Program-made: the position numbers and the translations under genes
From: a virus
DNA: 64,000 bases
Reading direction: 5' to 3' (one strand)
Virus record (IMG/VR): IMGVR_UViG_3300037882_004081
Location: 38,729-102,728 of that record
Shown here: piece after piece, positions 18,656-28,004 of the stretch
Layout of the letters: the number at the start of each line of letters is the position of its first letter
How positions within the stretch are numbered: the stretch's first letter is position 1
The notes under the pieces: generated by a model
Databases searched by the model: none
What the model was told of the DNA's origin: nothing
The model's input: only the letters and a program-made list of their open reading frames with translations

Positions 18656-18979
18656 ATGGCTTGGATGTACGACTTTGGACTTGAAAGGGGCGACGTGGTA
18701 GAGCAAGTTCGTGCTTGGGTGTCCGAGTGGATTGACGAAAACAACGACCTTATCACGAAAACCCTGACGGCCCGCCAGTTGCTTGTACTGGTGGATATGA
18801 AGGACGGAATCAACGTTGCCAACGACTTTTCGTGGATATTCCCCGACGAGCCCACCAAACAACTGTTCGGGTTGCTCAGTTACGGTGGTCCTACGACTCG
18901 CCGTCTTGGACTTGGAGATTGGCTTGAAAAGAAGTGTCAGGATGAAGCCGATAAGTCCCTACTTTTAGCACTCAAATGA
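18656..18979 (+). CDS. Hypothetical protein (probably late)
   Basis: ATG 18656, coupled to neck-like gene by ATGA overlap. Confidence 0.6.
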   Translation: MAWMYDFGLERGDVVEQVRAWVSEWIDENNDLITKTLTARQLLVLVDMKDGINVANDFSWIFPDEPTKQLFGLLSYGGPTTRRLGLGDWLEKKCQDEADKSLLLALK

Positions 18980-19755
18980 CATTCTCATCCCGCATCCTCA
19001 TCGGACACGACAAGAAGTGGTTCCACGCGCTCACGCTTCAGGATCTCATCCTTTACGGTGAACGTCCAGTCCTCACACCGCAGGATGATCTTGAAAACCG
19101 CTTTGCAATGGCGGGTTTGCACGACTACAAGCAGGCACTCGCGATCACCGTTGAGTGGTATGAACGCACTATGCCGGTGCTGATTTTCCATGAGCTTGCC
19201 GGTACCACCAGCACCGATGCGATTGACCTACAGTATGGGGAATCCAACACCCCCGAAATCAAGTTCTCACGGTCGATCCGTCTCCCCGCTTCCATTAAAC
19301 AGGACCCGCTCAAGCGCAGGTGGACTCCCGAGGGAATGGTGGCTCGCCAGAACGGTGAGATTTACCTCAGCCCGTATCACCTCGCCCAGATGAACTACAC
19401 ACCGGGCGTAGGTGACTTCGTGATCTATCGGGCCGAGGTTTACGAGGTGACGAGCGTACAAGCTCAGCCGACCGACTACTGGTTGCAAACTGGCATCCCA
19501 CTCCACGTTCAAATCATGATCAAAGGAGCGACACTTCCAAATGACACCAGCTGTCTGGAGTGTTTGGCACTCGAAAGCCCTCCTGGCCTTCAGTGCGACG
19601 CTGAGGGAGTCCCGGCTATGCAACAACTTGCGCCCATTGACCCCTTCCCGGCTTCACCCCCAGGCAACCAGTCTCCGGTTGCCCCCGTGTCCACCATCAC
19701 TCCGCTGGTGTCCGGGCCACTGGACGTTGGCCCGTACGATCCGCAGGACATCTAA
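18976..19755 (+). CDS. Neck/head-completion protein (T4 gp14-like)
   Basis: D..YGE, P.VGDFV.Y....YEV..V motif. Confidence 0.55.
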   Translation: MTFSSRILIGHDKKWFHALTLQDLILYGERPVLTPQDDLENRFAMAGLHDYKQALAITVEWYERTMPVLIFHELAGTTSTDAIDLQYGESNTPEIKFSRSIRLPASIKQDPLKRRWTPEGMVARQNGEIYLSPYHLAQMNYTPGVGDFVIYRAEVYEVTSVQAQPTDYWLQTGIPLHVQIMIKGATLPNDTSCLECLALESPPGLQCDAEGVPAMQQLAPIDPFPASPPGNQSPVAPVSTITPLVSGPLDVGPYDPQDI

Positions 19756-20204
19756 CGAGCCCGTGCGGCACGAAGGAGTTCCTTGATGCGTGGTTCTGGC
19801 TTCCAGTAGTTTGGACCTTTCGTGACCTTTCCGTTTCCATCGTAGGACGCACTCCCGTCCTCGTTGAGTTTGGAGGCGTTGGACTCCATGATGATTTCGA
19901 GAATCTCGTTGAGTGGGAGCCCGAATTTCGCGGCTTCGCTGTGAGCGTACACGCACAGGTCGCCCAACAGGTCACCAATTTCAACGAGCAGGTCCAATTC
20001 CTGTTCATCTTCCAGTACCCCAGCAACCGCACGGCTGTCCAAAATGTCGTCAATTTCATCGACTTCCCCGTGGAGCGTCTTGGCGAGTCCGGTCAGACGG
20101 GTACGCCAGTCCTCATTCAGTGCCGAGATGGTGGGGTATTCGGCAGTAGGCAAGCGGTACATCTGGTTGAAGCCACCACACGATTCAAGGAGTTGTTTCG
20201 TCAT
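19752..20204 (-). CDS. MazG-like (PRA-PH/DR2231-type) NTP pyrophosphohydrolase
   Basis: E..E...D.L.D..VY, IMESNASKL..DG.....GKV.KGPNYW.P. Confidence 0.85.
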   Translation of the reverse strand: MTKQLLESCGGFNQMYRLPTAEYPTISALNEDWRTRLTGLAKTLHGEVDEIDDILDSRAVAGVLEDEQELDLLVEIGDLLGDLCVYAHSEAAKFGLPLNEILEIIMESNASKLNEDGSASYDGNGKVTKGPNYWKPEPRIKELLRAARAR

Positions 20205-20226
20205 AGACCATATGAGAAAACACAAA

Positions 20227-20256
20227 CGAGGGGCGGGAGTTGCCCCCCGCCCCTCG
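20227..20256 (-). terminator. Rho-independent terminator
   Basis: CGAGGGGCGGG/CCCGCCCCTCG stem followed on the minus strand by TTTGTGTTTT. Confidence 0.75.
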
Positions 20257-20277
20257 CACACACCGCACCAACGATCC

Positions 20278-21456
20278 TTACGCTTCCGCAAGGATCGAAG
20301 CTTCCTCAGCGCTCAGCGCTGCCGCCTTTTCCGGATCACCGGCTTGGAGGTAAAACGCCTTGGCATTTTCGAACACCACGTCTTTGTCGGGCTTGACCCC
20401 TTCCAGATCGAAGCTGTCGGAGCCGAGCCAGTCACCCACCAGACCGAACAGCCGTGGGGCGAGGTTCGGGGTGTAGTGGGTGGCGCACTCCGTGGCGATT
20501 TGGATGAGTTGGTAGGCCGACAGTCCGATTGGGCAGTTGGCGCGAAGCTTGTGAGGCAGGTCGGTCAGCGTCACCACGCCGATTTCGCTGAGTTTCGGGG
20601 CGATCACGGCGGCGAGACCGCGACGGATGCTGTTGACCTTCTCGTCTTCACCACGGAGCGAGCGAAGCAGTTCCATCGCCATCGCGATCGACGCCGAGGT
20701 GTGCAGGGACTCGTCGATGCGGCTCTTCAGCATCATGATGCCGTGTTCGTCCACGTGGCGCAGGTACTTCTGGACGGTGACCGCTGGAGTGAGGTTCTTG
20801 GAGCTAGGAACCGGCGAGCGGAACGCGGAACTCATCGCCACCATCCCGTTGGAGCACACTTGGCGCAGCATGGCAACGAAGCTCTGCATTTGGCCATATC
20901 CGTCCATCGGGATTTGAAGCGCCACTTCCGGGTTGTGGTGGTCGCCCTTGCCGAATTCGAAGGAACCCGCAACATCCCGGTACAGGATGATCTGTCCGTC
21001 GCTGTAGCTGAACGCCTTCAGGAGCCCTTCCTCCATGAGCGGGGCGGCGACCGTTTCCAGACCCTTGGGGCTGAACCGGCAAGCGCTGTCGCTGGTGACC
21101 GCAAGGGCGCGGGTGCCATTTTCCACGGCGACCGTAACCATCACGTCACGACCCTTGTCGTTGCGCTTGGCCACAGCGCGTTCGAAGACCTCTTGGTGCG
21201 AGAAGAGATTGAAGACCGACTTGGGCACCCCGATCAGTCCGGTCAGGGAAGCCCAAAAGCGGGCGGTCGTGCTGACCGTCATGCCGCCAATGCCAATGTT
21301 GTTGTCGGCGACGACGCGCAGTTCGTTCATCGGAATCCGGGCGAACTCCATCGAGGGAACCAAGCTCCAGTCGGTCGAGCGGGAGAAGGAGGCTTCCCGG
21401 CGACGGGCTGGCTGGATGGTGCGGTCAGGATTGGCGAATGGGTTGTTGGTGCTCAT
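20278..21456 (-). CDS. DUF932-like protein
   Basis: PMDGYG...MLRQVCSNGMV motif. Confidence 0.6.
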   Translation of the reverse strand: MSTNNPFANPDRTIQPARRREASFSRSTDWSLVPSMEFARIPMNELRVVADNNIGIGGMTVSTTARFWASLTGLIGVPKSVFNLFSHQEVFERAVAKRNDKGRDVMVTVAVENGTRALAVTSDSACRFSPKGLETVAAPLMEEGLLKAFSYSDGQIILYRDVAGSFEFGKGDHHNPEVALQIPMDGYGQMQSFVAMLRQVCSNGMVAMSSAFRSPVPSSKNLTPAVTVQKYLRHVDEHGIMMLKSRIDESLHTSASIAMAMELLRSLRGEDEKVNSIRRGLAAVIAPKLSEIGVVTLTDLPHKLRANCPIGLSAYQLIQIATECATHYTPNLAPRLFGLVGDWLGSDSFDLEGVKPDKDVVFENAKAFYLQAGDPEKAAALSAEEASILAEA

Positions 21457-21499
21457 AAGATAGGTGGGTAGTGGATTAGTGGTGATTAGTAAGTATGGT

Positions 21500-21528
21500 A
21501 TTTTAACACACTCTTGGCGTTTTGTCAA
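21500..21528 (-). promoter_or_regulatory. Sigma70-type early promoter
   Basis: TTGACA-17nt-TAAAAT with TGTG extension. Confidence 0.8.
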
Positions 21529-21531
21529 GTC

Positions 21532-22806
21532 CTAGCCAATGATCATGGCTCCGGCGTCGTGCTGGGCAGCTTCCATAGCAGCACGCTCTTCAGCGGCGGA
21601 AGGACGCCATCCGCCATGCTGCAACTCCTTCAGGTAAGCCTCGCGGCGAGCCTTAAGAGCCTGCAGGGCGCGGATGCTGTCCACCCGCTTCATGATCGCG
21701 ACGTGCTGGGATTTGACTTGGGTGGTCACGTGGACCAATTCACGGGCTTTTTCGAGGTCGCTCGTCATTTGCACCCAAGCCTGCCCGCCCCCTTCCACTT
21801 CCACTTGGTTGAAGCGGTTCACTGGGTCGGCCCAATGGACGAAGCTCATATTACTGTTGGTGCTCTGGACGATGTTCTTGCGGGTTCCCTTGAACTGGCG
21901 AAGCACCCGACCCGCCATTTGCTTGCAAACGCTCTCCGTGTGGGTGTCCCGCACAAACACCGTCTTGAGGCTTGGGACGTCGAGCCCTTCGCTCAGGATC
22001 GACATTGACACTAGCACCTGCAGGTCCCCATTACCAAGGTCGTCGATCATTTCTTCGCGTTTCTGATACGGCGTGCTGCCCGAAATAAGCTCTGCGCGGT
22101 GTCCGAGTGCCCGGAGCATGTTGACCGCTTCCGTGCAGTCAGCCAAGGTCAGGAAGAACATGACGGACTTGCCGAATACGTCCTGCTTGTCGTGCCACGC
22201 ATTCACCACCGAAGCCGGGTTGTAGGCGGAAAGTTGGTAGAAGTCGAATTCCGCCAGATATCCCTGCTCGATCAGGAACCGGTAACCACAATCGGTGATG
22301 CGGTGCTGGAAAAGGAGCGTCGCATGGTCGCCACGGCTGGGGGTGGCGCTGAGTCCGAGGCTGTACTGGGGGAGGATCGTGTTGGCGACCACTTGAGCGG
22401 TCGAGCAGGCATCGTGGTGGCACTCATCAACCACGTAGAAGCGAAGCGGCTTCTGCATGATCGGGTTGTTTTTGACCTTCTCGCCATCCCACATGAGGAT
22501 TGGGAACAACTGGTCCTGTGGCACCATCGGGCCATTGGAACCCGGCCAGCGTGACACCCGGTTTTCCTCGACCACTTGATTCAGGAGGTTAGACTTGCCT
22601 GCCATCCAGCCGATTCCCACGTCCTGTGGTGCAAACCCAAGGGATGGGGCAACTTCGTGGATGAAACGATCAGCGACGCGGAGCGCCATGGCGCTCTTTC
22701 CGCTAGCCGTTGGGCTCTCGATGAGTTGGGTTGTGTACTTGGCCCATCCGGCAGTCGCCTTGTCGGTGATGCGGATTTGGTAGTCACGTGGTTCGAGTTG
22801 CTTCAT
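21532..22806 (-). CDS. SF2 (ResIII/DEAD-like) helicase
   Basis: PRDYQ, SPTASGKS, VDECHH, LSATP, SEGLDVP, QMAGRVLR. Confidence 0.9.
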   Translation of the reverse strand: MKQLEPRDYQIRITDKATAGWAKYTTQLIESPTASGKSAMALRVADRFIHEVAPSLGFAPQDVGIGWMAGKSNLLNQVVEENRVSRWPGSNGPMVPQDQLFPILMWDGEKVKNNPIMQKPLRFYVVDECHHDACSTAQVVANTILPQYSLGLSATPSRGDHATLLFQHRITDCGYRFLIEQGYLAEFDFYQLSAYNPASVVNAWHDKQDVFGKSVMFFLTLADCTEAVNMLRALGHRAELISGSTPYQKREEMIDDLGNGDLQVLVSMSILSEGLDVPSLKTVFVRDTHTESVCKQMAGRVLRQFKGTRKNIVQSTNSNMSFVHWADPVNRFNQVEVEGGGQAWVQMTSDLEKARELVHVTTQVKSQHVAIMKRVDSIRALQALKARREAYLKELQHGGWRPSAAEERAAMEAAQHDAGAMIIG

Positions 22807-22811
22807 ATAAT

Positions 22812-22840
22812 AACATACCACACCTGTCAAGCTTTGTCAA
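22812..22840 (-). promoter_or_regulatory. Sigma70-type early promoter, leaderless
   Basis: TTGACA-17nt-TATGTT, TGTGG extension, ATG 5 nt downstream; second TTGACA within the spacer. Confidence 0.7.
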
Positions 22841-23000
22841 GTCCTTACTCCCCCTTGGAGAACACGAGACTACGGAAGAGCTTTATCGAGCAACCTAAGA
22901 AACCCCCATAGGACAACCTGGGATAGGAGGATACCGAGTATCACTGCGGAACCATAGAACCAGATGTGCCTCATAGCCCTCATACCTACCCATATATGAA

Positions 23001-23033
23001 GAGGGCCACCGAGTGTGCTGCTCGGTGGCCCTC
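23001..23033. terminator. Strong GC hairpin downstream of 23078..23539
   Basis: GAGGGCCACCGAG/CTCGGTGGCCCTC 13-bp inverted repeat; weak U tract. Confidence 0.55.
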
Positions 23034-23077
23034 CCCCTATGCTATCTGTACTCTGGTGTGCCCCCACACCAAAAGGC

Positions 23078-23539
23078 TTAGACGCCCCACTCGGACGGCG
23101 AAGGCACCGCACCGAAGCCAGCGGTGGTGTCGCCGACGGTCGAGAGACCGGCTTTCCCGTTCTGGGCGGACGCGATGTCCACTTGGCCGAGGAAAGGCTT
23201 GCCGTTGTGGGTCAAGTCGACGCGCACGGTCGTGGAACCGTCAACGCCGCGAGTTTGCAACTTGATCTTGGTGTACTTGCTGCGAACGGACGCCAGAGCT
23301 TCGCCACCGGGCTTGATGGTGATGGCGGAACCGAGGTTTGCCCAGGACGAACCATTGTACTCCTGGACTTGCACGACGGCGTCGTACCCGGCTTTCGGGT
23401 CCATCGCCTTGTCGTGTTGAGTCAGGTTGGTCAGGATGATCTGGAACGGGCCAGTGCTCTTGTGGAGCGTGAGGTTGAGCGCGTCAGCGACGGCTGCAGC
23501 GGCTGGGCAATTGACTTGGAAGACGGAGTTAGCGGCCAT
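23078..23539 (-). CDS. Putative virion structural (decoration-like) protein
   Basis: Beta-rich 153 aa, strong codon bias, C/A-rich leader, downstream of TAGCTAT element. Confidence 0.5.
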   Translation of the reverse strand: MAANSVFQVNCPAAAAVADALNLTLHKSTGPFQIILTNLTQHDKAMDPKAGYDAVVQVQEYNGSSWANLGSAITIKPGGEALASVRSKYTKIKLQTRGVDGSTTVRVDLTHNGKPFLGQVDIASAQNGKAGLSTVGDTTAGFGAVPSPSEWGV

Positions 23540-23556
23540 GGTAGTGGTTGGATTGG

Positions 23557-23919
23557 TTACTGAGTGGCGGAACCCTGGTTATCCGGGACAATCCGGAGAA
23601 ACAGGTTACGGATGCCGTTCACGATCATTTCCTGCCGATAGGCTTTGAACGGGAGTACCGTCACGCCACCGGGCCTGTAATGACCACGTTTTGCATTGGC
23701 TGCTTGTTCCTTAGCCGCCTGAGCACCCTGCCGAAGGTCTTCCAAGACCGCCGTCCGCACGTGTTCGTACAGTTCGTCAGTCGGTGGAGTGACCCGCATC
23801 AGTAGTTCCCCACTCTTCCCCTTCTCCACCCATTTCAGGGCGGTTACTAGGTTGAGTCGCTCGAAACGGCTGGTCAACAGACCAACCACTCCATCAGCGA
23901 ACGGGTTCCTTAAGCTCAT
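23557..23919 (-). CDS. Hypothetical late protein
   Basis: TAGCTAT 5 nt upstream of ATG. Confidence 0.55.
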   Translation of the reverse strand: MSLRNPFADGVVGLLTSRFERLNLVTALKWVEKGKSGELLMRVTPPTDELYEHVRTAVLEDLRQGAQAAKEQAANAKRGHYRPGGVTVLPFKAYRQEMIVNGIRNLFLRIVPDNQGSATQ

Positions 23920-23967
23920 CGTGGATAGCTAAGTGGTGACTCCGCGTATTATTCCAGACCCTAAACG

Positions 23968-24312
23968 TTAAGGCTTGGGAGCCATTTGCGCGTTGGCTCG
24001 GATGGCCTCAACAACGGGTTGCAACTCGGTGAGGGACTGCAGGATGATGGCTTGTTCCTGCAGCGATTTGCCTAGATAGGCACCGTGTTTCCACGCGACC
24101 TCAACTGCTGCCGCCAGATTGACGACCGCCGACAGATTGACCGACACGGGTACCGGTTCCGACGGAGCCTCCGGTTTTGGTTCATCAGCTTTTACTGCAT
24201 GCGAAACCGGCTCTAGTGGCACTTCCATTTTGGGCTCTTCAGCCGAGTAAGATGGGGCTGGTGTCAATGGCTCAGCCGGACCCGTCCCCCTTAGCGCTCT
24301 GTCTTTAATCAT
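23968..24312 (-). CDS. Hypothetical protein
   Basis: Last gene of a tight operon. Confidence 0.5.
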   Translation of the reverse strand: MIKDRALRGTGPAEPLTPAPSYSAEEPKMEVPLEPVSHAVKADEPKPEAPSEPVPVSVNLSAVVNLAAAVEVAWKHGAYLGKSLQEQAIILQSLTELQPVVEAIRANAQMAPKP

Positions 24313-24316
24313 GGCA

Positions 24317-24685
24317 CTACAGAACACCCAATCGCTTCAGGTACTGATAGGCCAACCAGACCAGAATGTTTACCGTCCAAGCGGGTATCCGGTCACCGAA
24401 CACCGTCATGACGAGTTCCACGATCGCGGACTGCTTCTCGGACTTTCCGATGTCCTGCCGGGAGATCTTCAAACACCACCCCGCGACAATCTCGAAATCA
24501 CCGATCGTGAGACCGGGTTTTCCATCCAGCATCGTCATTTTGAGGAACGACGCCTGACAAAACTTCGCAACCGGCGAAAGCCAAAGTTTGATTTTCGACT
24601 TGGCAGTAGCAAACCTGAAGTCCCTGGCGACTGATTCAGTCGCCATGAACCCATCCTGACGAAGTTGTTGAATGCGGGCGCTCAT
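24317..24685 (-). CDS. Hypothetical protein with hydrophobic C-terminus
   Basis: ATGA-coupled to upstream gene. Confidence 0.55.
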   Translation of the reverse strand: MSARIQQLRQDGFMATESVARDFRFATAKSKIKLWLSPVAKFCQASFLKMTMLDGKPGLTIGDFEIVAGWCLKISRQDIGKSEKQSAIVELVMTVFGDRIPAWTVNILVWLAYQYLKRLGVL

Positions 24686-25125
24686 TTGACTGGTTTGCCT
24701 AGGCGAATCGCAGCCACGTCGCGGATGAGTCTGGAAAGGGGAGCGAGCACCAGGGCTGCGCGGATTGCGATGACGCGGGCCGACTCGTGATCAATGTCGC
24801 CGAGGCTGTCCACGATCTTTTTGGTGAGCGCTTCCACTTCGGTATCGGTGAGGTCAGCCGCTTCCACGCCAATTTCGCGCCAGTGCAGGAATGCACCAGC
24901 GGTCTGCCGGACCGGGTTGAGAAGTGGCAACGCGTCAGCGACCGTCAGTCCATCAGCCGCTGCCTCTTCAAATGCCGCCGCCATGGCAACGATGGAAAGC
25001 AACGCGGCTTCGGTCTTGTCGCTGTCCGTGGTACCGTGCAATTCCGGGATGACCGGTTCGTCAGGCGTGATTGGGTTGATGGTGCCAAAGACCTTGTCGA
25101 CGATGGTTTTGAATGAGAATTTCAT
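24682..25125 (-). CDS. Hypothetical late protein
   Basis: TAGTTAT 5 nt upstream; amphipathic helical. Confidence 0.6.
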   Translation of the reverse strand: MKFSFKTIVDKVFGTINPITPDEPVIPELHGTTDSDKTEAALLSIVAMAAAFEEAAADGLTVADALPLLNPVRQTAGAFLHWREIGVEAADLTDTEVEALTKKIVDSLGDIDHESARVIAIRAALVLAPLSRLIRDVAAIRLGKPVK

Positions 25126-25142
25126 CGTCTATAACTAAGCGG

Positions 25143-25595
25143 TTAACTGCGGTCTCTCATATCACGCACCATCGCTTCAACCTTAGCCAAGTGCTCAGGT
25201 GAGGTTTCGAGGAACATGCGGATTTGTTCCTCCGAGGTGCCGGAGTGTCGGGAATCCTTGACTTCCTGAACCAGTTTTTCGACAGACTGAATCGTCTGGC
25301 CATTCTTCATTGCCACCTTGTCGACTTCCACCTCTGGATCAACCTCTTGGAGGTTACGCTGAATAGTACCCATCGAGGTCGCGTTGACAGTGAGCAGCAT
25401 CACGTCAAGTGCCCACCCGGTACCAAGTGAGACCGCTCCGGAAATAGTGGCGGACCAGTAGTCGTCGATGTTCAGGCCAAACCTTGTGAACACCGACGTG
25501 ATGATACCCATGATAATACCGGCAACTACCGATACCAGCCTTCCGCGATATGCGGCGAGGGTTTGAAGGACGTGAAGCTTGAAGCGTTTGAACAT
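25143..25595 (-). CDS. Holin-like two-TM membrane protein
   Basis: Basic N-terminus, two TM helices, charged C-terminus. Confidence 0.4.
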   Translation of the reverse strand: MFKRFKLHVLQTLAAYRGRLVSVVAGIIMGIITSVFTRFGLNIDDYWSATISGAVSLGTGWALDVMLLTVNATSMGTIQRNLQEVDPEVEVDKVAMKNGQTIQSVEKLVQEVKDSRHSGTSEEQIRMFLETSPEHLAKVEAMVRDMRDRS

Positions 25596-25603
25596 CCAAA
25601 CAC

Positions 25604-26170
25604 CTACCGACTTGGCTCAACCTGCTTGACGCTGGGAACCTGACCGTCGGGAATTTTGGAGAGTTCAGCCCAATCAGCGAGAGTTCGACCACCAATCGCA
25701 TCGAACAGCTGCCCAAACGCAACCGCGTTGGGTTCAAACGTCACTTGACCATACCGCCCCGCCAAATCGCGATTGAGGTCGTACAGGCGGGCCAGAATCA
25801 TCGCCATCGCCATCTTGGAGGTGGCGTCGCTCAGCTGTGGGTCTCCACCCCTCGACTGTTGGGTGAGCGTGATGAGGTGTTGCAAAAGCGGTCGATCCCG
25901 TTTGATCAGGTCCTTGAACGCCTTGTGCTGGTCAACGGGGTCCTGACCAGCCACTGGTTCCTCCGGTGGGGCGGGAGCCGCTTGGGCTTCGGGTGGCGAT
26001 GGTTGTCCGGGCTGTTGGTCCTCACGAAGTTCGTCGGGGCGAAGATCTTCGTGCTCTTCCCTTCCCGTAGGATCTTCGGCTTGCGCATGGGCAAGAGCAA
26101 ACGCCGCATTCCGACGGTTGCGGCGAGCAGTTTTGACGGCAGCAGATGGCCAACCTAGGATCGCGGACAT
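25604..26170 (-). CDS. Hypothetical protein
   Basis: 188-aa ORF with P/E-rich linker. Confidence 0.55.
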   Translation of the reverse strand: MSAILGWPSAAVKTARRNRRNAAFALAHAQAEDPTGREEHEDLRPDELREDQQPGQPSPPEAQAAPAPPEEPVAGQDPVDQHKAFKDLIKRDRPLLQHLITLTQQSRGGDPQLSDATSKMAMAMILARLYDLNRDLAGRYGQVTFEPNAVAFGQLFDAIGGRTLADWAELSKIPDGQVPSVKQVEPSR

Positions 26171-26178
26171 AAGAACAC

Positions 26179-26451
26179 CTAGCCGGTTAGGACCAGTATG
26201 GTATTGGGAGAACTCGATGGGAAGTTTGGTGTCAGCGCCTTATAGACCCACCCGCCGTCTTTGGTCAGGAAGTCCAGACGATACCGTTTGACATACCCGT
26301 CGGGATGCCGCACCCCAATTTCAGGCGGGGGCGTGTCATCAGGCTTGAATCCCAAGTTCCTTGCGTACACATCCCCCGATACTTGGGAAACGTCGAATTC
26401 GGTTGGAGTGTTACTGGCCATCTCAATAAGGTTTCCAGTTGATGGTGTCAC
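26179..26451 (-). CDS. Hypothetical protein
   Basis: Coupled to kinase stop; start may be the internal ATG. Confidence 0.45.
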   Translation of the reverse strand: MTPSTGNLIEMASNTPTEFDVSQVSGDVYARNLGFKPDDTPPPEIGVRHPDGYVKRYRLDFLTKDGGWVYKALTPNFPSSSPNTILVLTG

Positions 26452-27013
26452 CAGTTAGCAGGTTGGCGACCGCATGTCCACGCTGGTGGTCTTCAAGCTC
26501 CGACTCGTCGGACAATGTGATCTCCAGGTCAGCACGCAGGATACTGTAGTTGGCTTCGCTGCTGTGGTCCACCCCGGCATCCTCCTTGTCGCGGACCAGT
26601 TTCACAAACGTGAAATCCTCTTCCTCTAGGATCGCCTGTTCGTTTTCGTACCTCAAGTCATCAACCACCACGAACCCACGGGTTCCGAATTGCTGAATCG
26701 CATGCTGAGCGGCTCTCGCCCAAATGTCTGGTCCGATCATGTCGCGACCCCATCCGGTACCAAGCGTGGTGAGCGCGTCGCGGCAAGTCTTGCCACCCAG
26801 GATCGCTTGAGGCTTGGTCTTATCGACCCGCACGTCGTGCTCCGGAAGTCCCAGCGCCATCAGCATCCGCTTGACGGGCTCAGCAAACGAAACCACGAAA
26901 TAACCGTTGGCGATGAGTGCTCTCGCGATGGTAGTCTTGCCAGTTCTGATGGGAGCAAATAGCGCAATACGGCGTTTGTTGAGCGGTCTGTCGGATAGAA
27001 CTTCAATCTTCAT
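26423..27013 (-). CDS. Deoxynucleoside monophosphate kinase (T4 gp1-like)
   Basis: P-loop APIRTGKT, SFAEPVK, R..L..LGT.WGR, VVDDLRYENE, HSSE. Confidence 0.9.
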   Translation of the reverse strand: MKIEVLSDRPLNKRRIALFAPIRTGKTTIARALIANGYFVVSFAEPVKRMLMALGLPEHDVRVDKTKPQAILGGKTCRDALTTLGTGWGRDMIGPDIWARAAQHAIQQFGTRGFVVVDDLRYENEQAILEEEDFTFVKLVRDKEDAGVDHSSEANYSILRADLEITLSDESELEDHQRGHAVANLLTGDTINWKPY

Positions 27014-28004
27014 CGTGGTCGTCGGCTTCGTCGGCAACAGAAAGCAGCGCCCGTGCACCAGCGGTAAGGTTGGCAGTCCGGTATTGCGCCTGGGCGGATA
27101 CTTGGAAAAACCTTGGTGGTACACTGGCCAACGGTTCCAGCCCCCGGATTGCACGTACCACTGACACGAACCTCTGATCGCGGACCGCTAAAGTCTCTCC
27201 GCGCTCCATGTTGGTGACCCAACTGTGGTTTTCGAGTCCACCCACCGTCGCCACCTCGTACAGCCGAATGCACTGCTTTTGGTGAATATCGTGGTAAGCG
27301 ACTCCCAATCCGAGGCGCTCCACCCACGACATTCCCGCATCGCGGATCGCCTTGGCGCTCTCCCCCGCGAACACACGCAAGCGGTCGCGGTCTTTACGAA
27401 GTTGATGGAGTTCGTGGTTGAGCGCTTCCGTGAATGGCCAGAGTTTCCCGTCGTATCGAATCGGGAGTTCGGATTTCGGAAGGCGCTCCACCCACCGTTG
27501 TCCAAGTTCACATGCAACTGCCCACCATAGTTCTGGGGCAGGAATGAACACGGGAGCGGTCTTGTCGCTCAGGCAGGAGTTCAAATACTCGGTTTCACCC
27601 TGCAGCACCGACTGATAAACCACGGCACTGTAATCAAGCCCTTGGCGTCTCCGCATCGCCGCGTCCGTGAGTTCATGACGGTGATCCGCCATCCACTGGA
27701 TGTGGCGTTCACTGAGCAAGGACGTATCGACGAAAAACGGGCTCGTCACCCCTTCAATGGTGCATCGTACGATCCACGCTTTGATCGCATCGCGCAGGAA
27801 CTGCTCCAGCCTATCATCCGGCACTCCCGCACGCAAGCGAGTGAGCATGAGGTTTCCGGGACGAAATCCACCAGAGTCGGGTTCTTTGCCCGCCACTCTA
27901 ACCCACTCGTCCTTCATGATCGCGGCACACCAATCCGCCATCTGGATCTCCTGATCCGTCCGATGAGCCTCCCCGGTTGGTACCTGCGCTTTTGGTGTTG
28001 CCAT
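27003..28004 (-). CDS. Hypothetical protein
   Basis: 333-aa ORF in operon. Confidence 0.6.
   Translation of the reverse strand: MATPKAQVPTGEAHRTDQEIQMADWCAAIMKDEWVRVAGKEPDSGGFRPGNLMLTRLRAGVPDDRLEQFLRDAIKAWIVRCTIEGVTSPFFVDTSLLSERHIQWMADHRHELTDAAMRRRQGLDYSAVVYQSVLQGETEYLNSCLSDKTAPVFIPAPELWWAVACELGQRWVERLPKSELPIRYDGKLWPFTEALNHELHQLRKDRDRLRVFAGESAKAIRDAGMSWVERLGLGVAYHDIHQKQCIRLYEVATVGGLENHSWVTNMERGETLAVRDQRFVSVVRAIRGLEPLASVPPRFFQVSAQAQYRTANLTAGARALLSVADEADDHDED

Noticed and set aside
20044-21471. 475-aa plus-strand ORF
   Set aside because: Antisense to the DUF932-like and MazG-like genes, which have promoter, terminator and motifs
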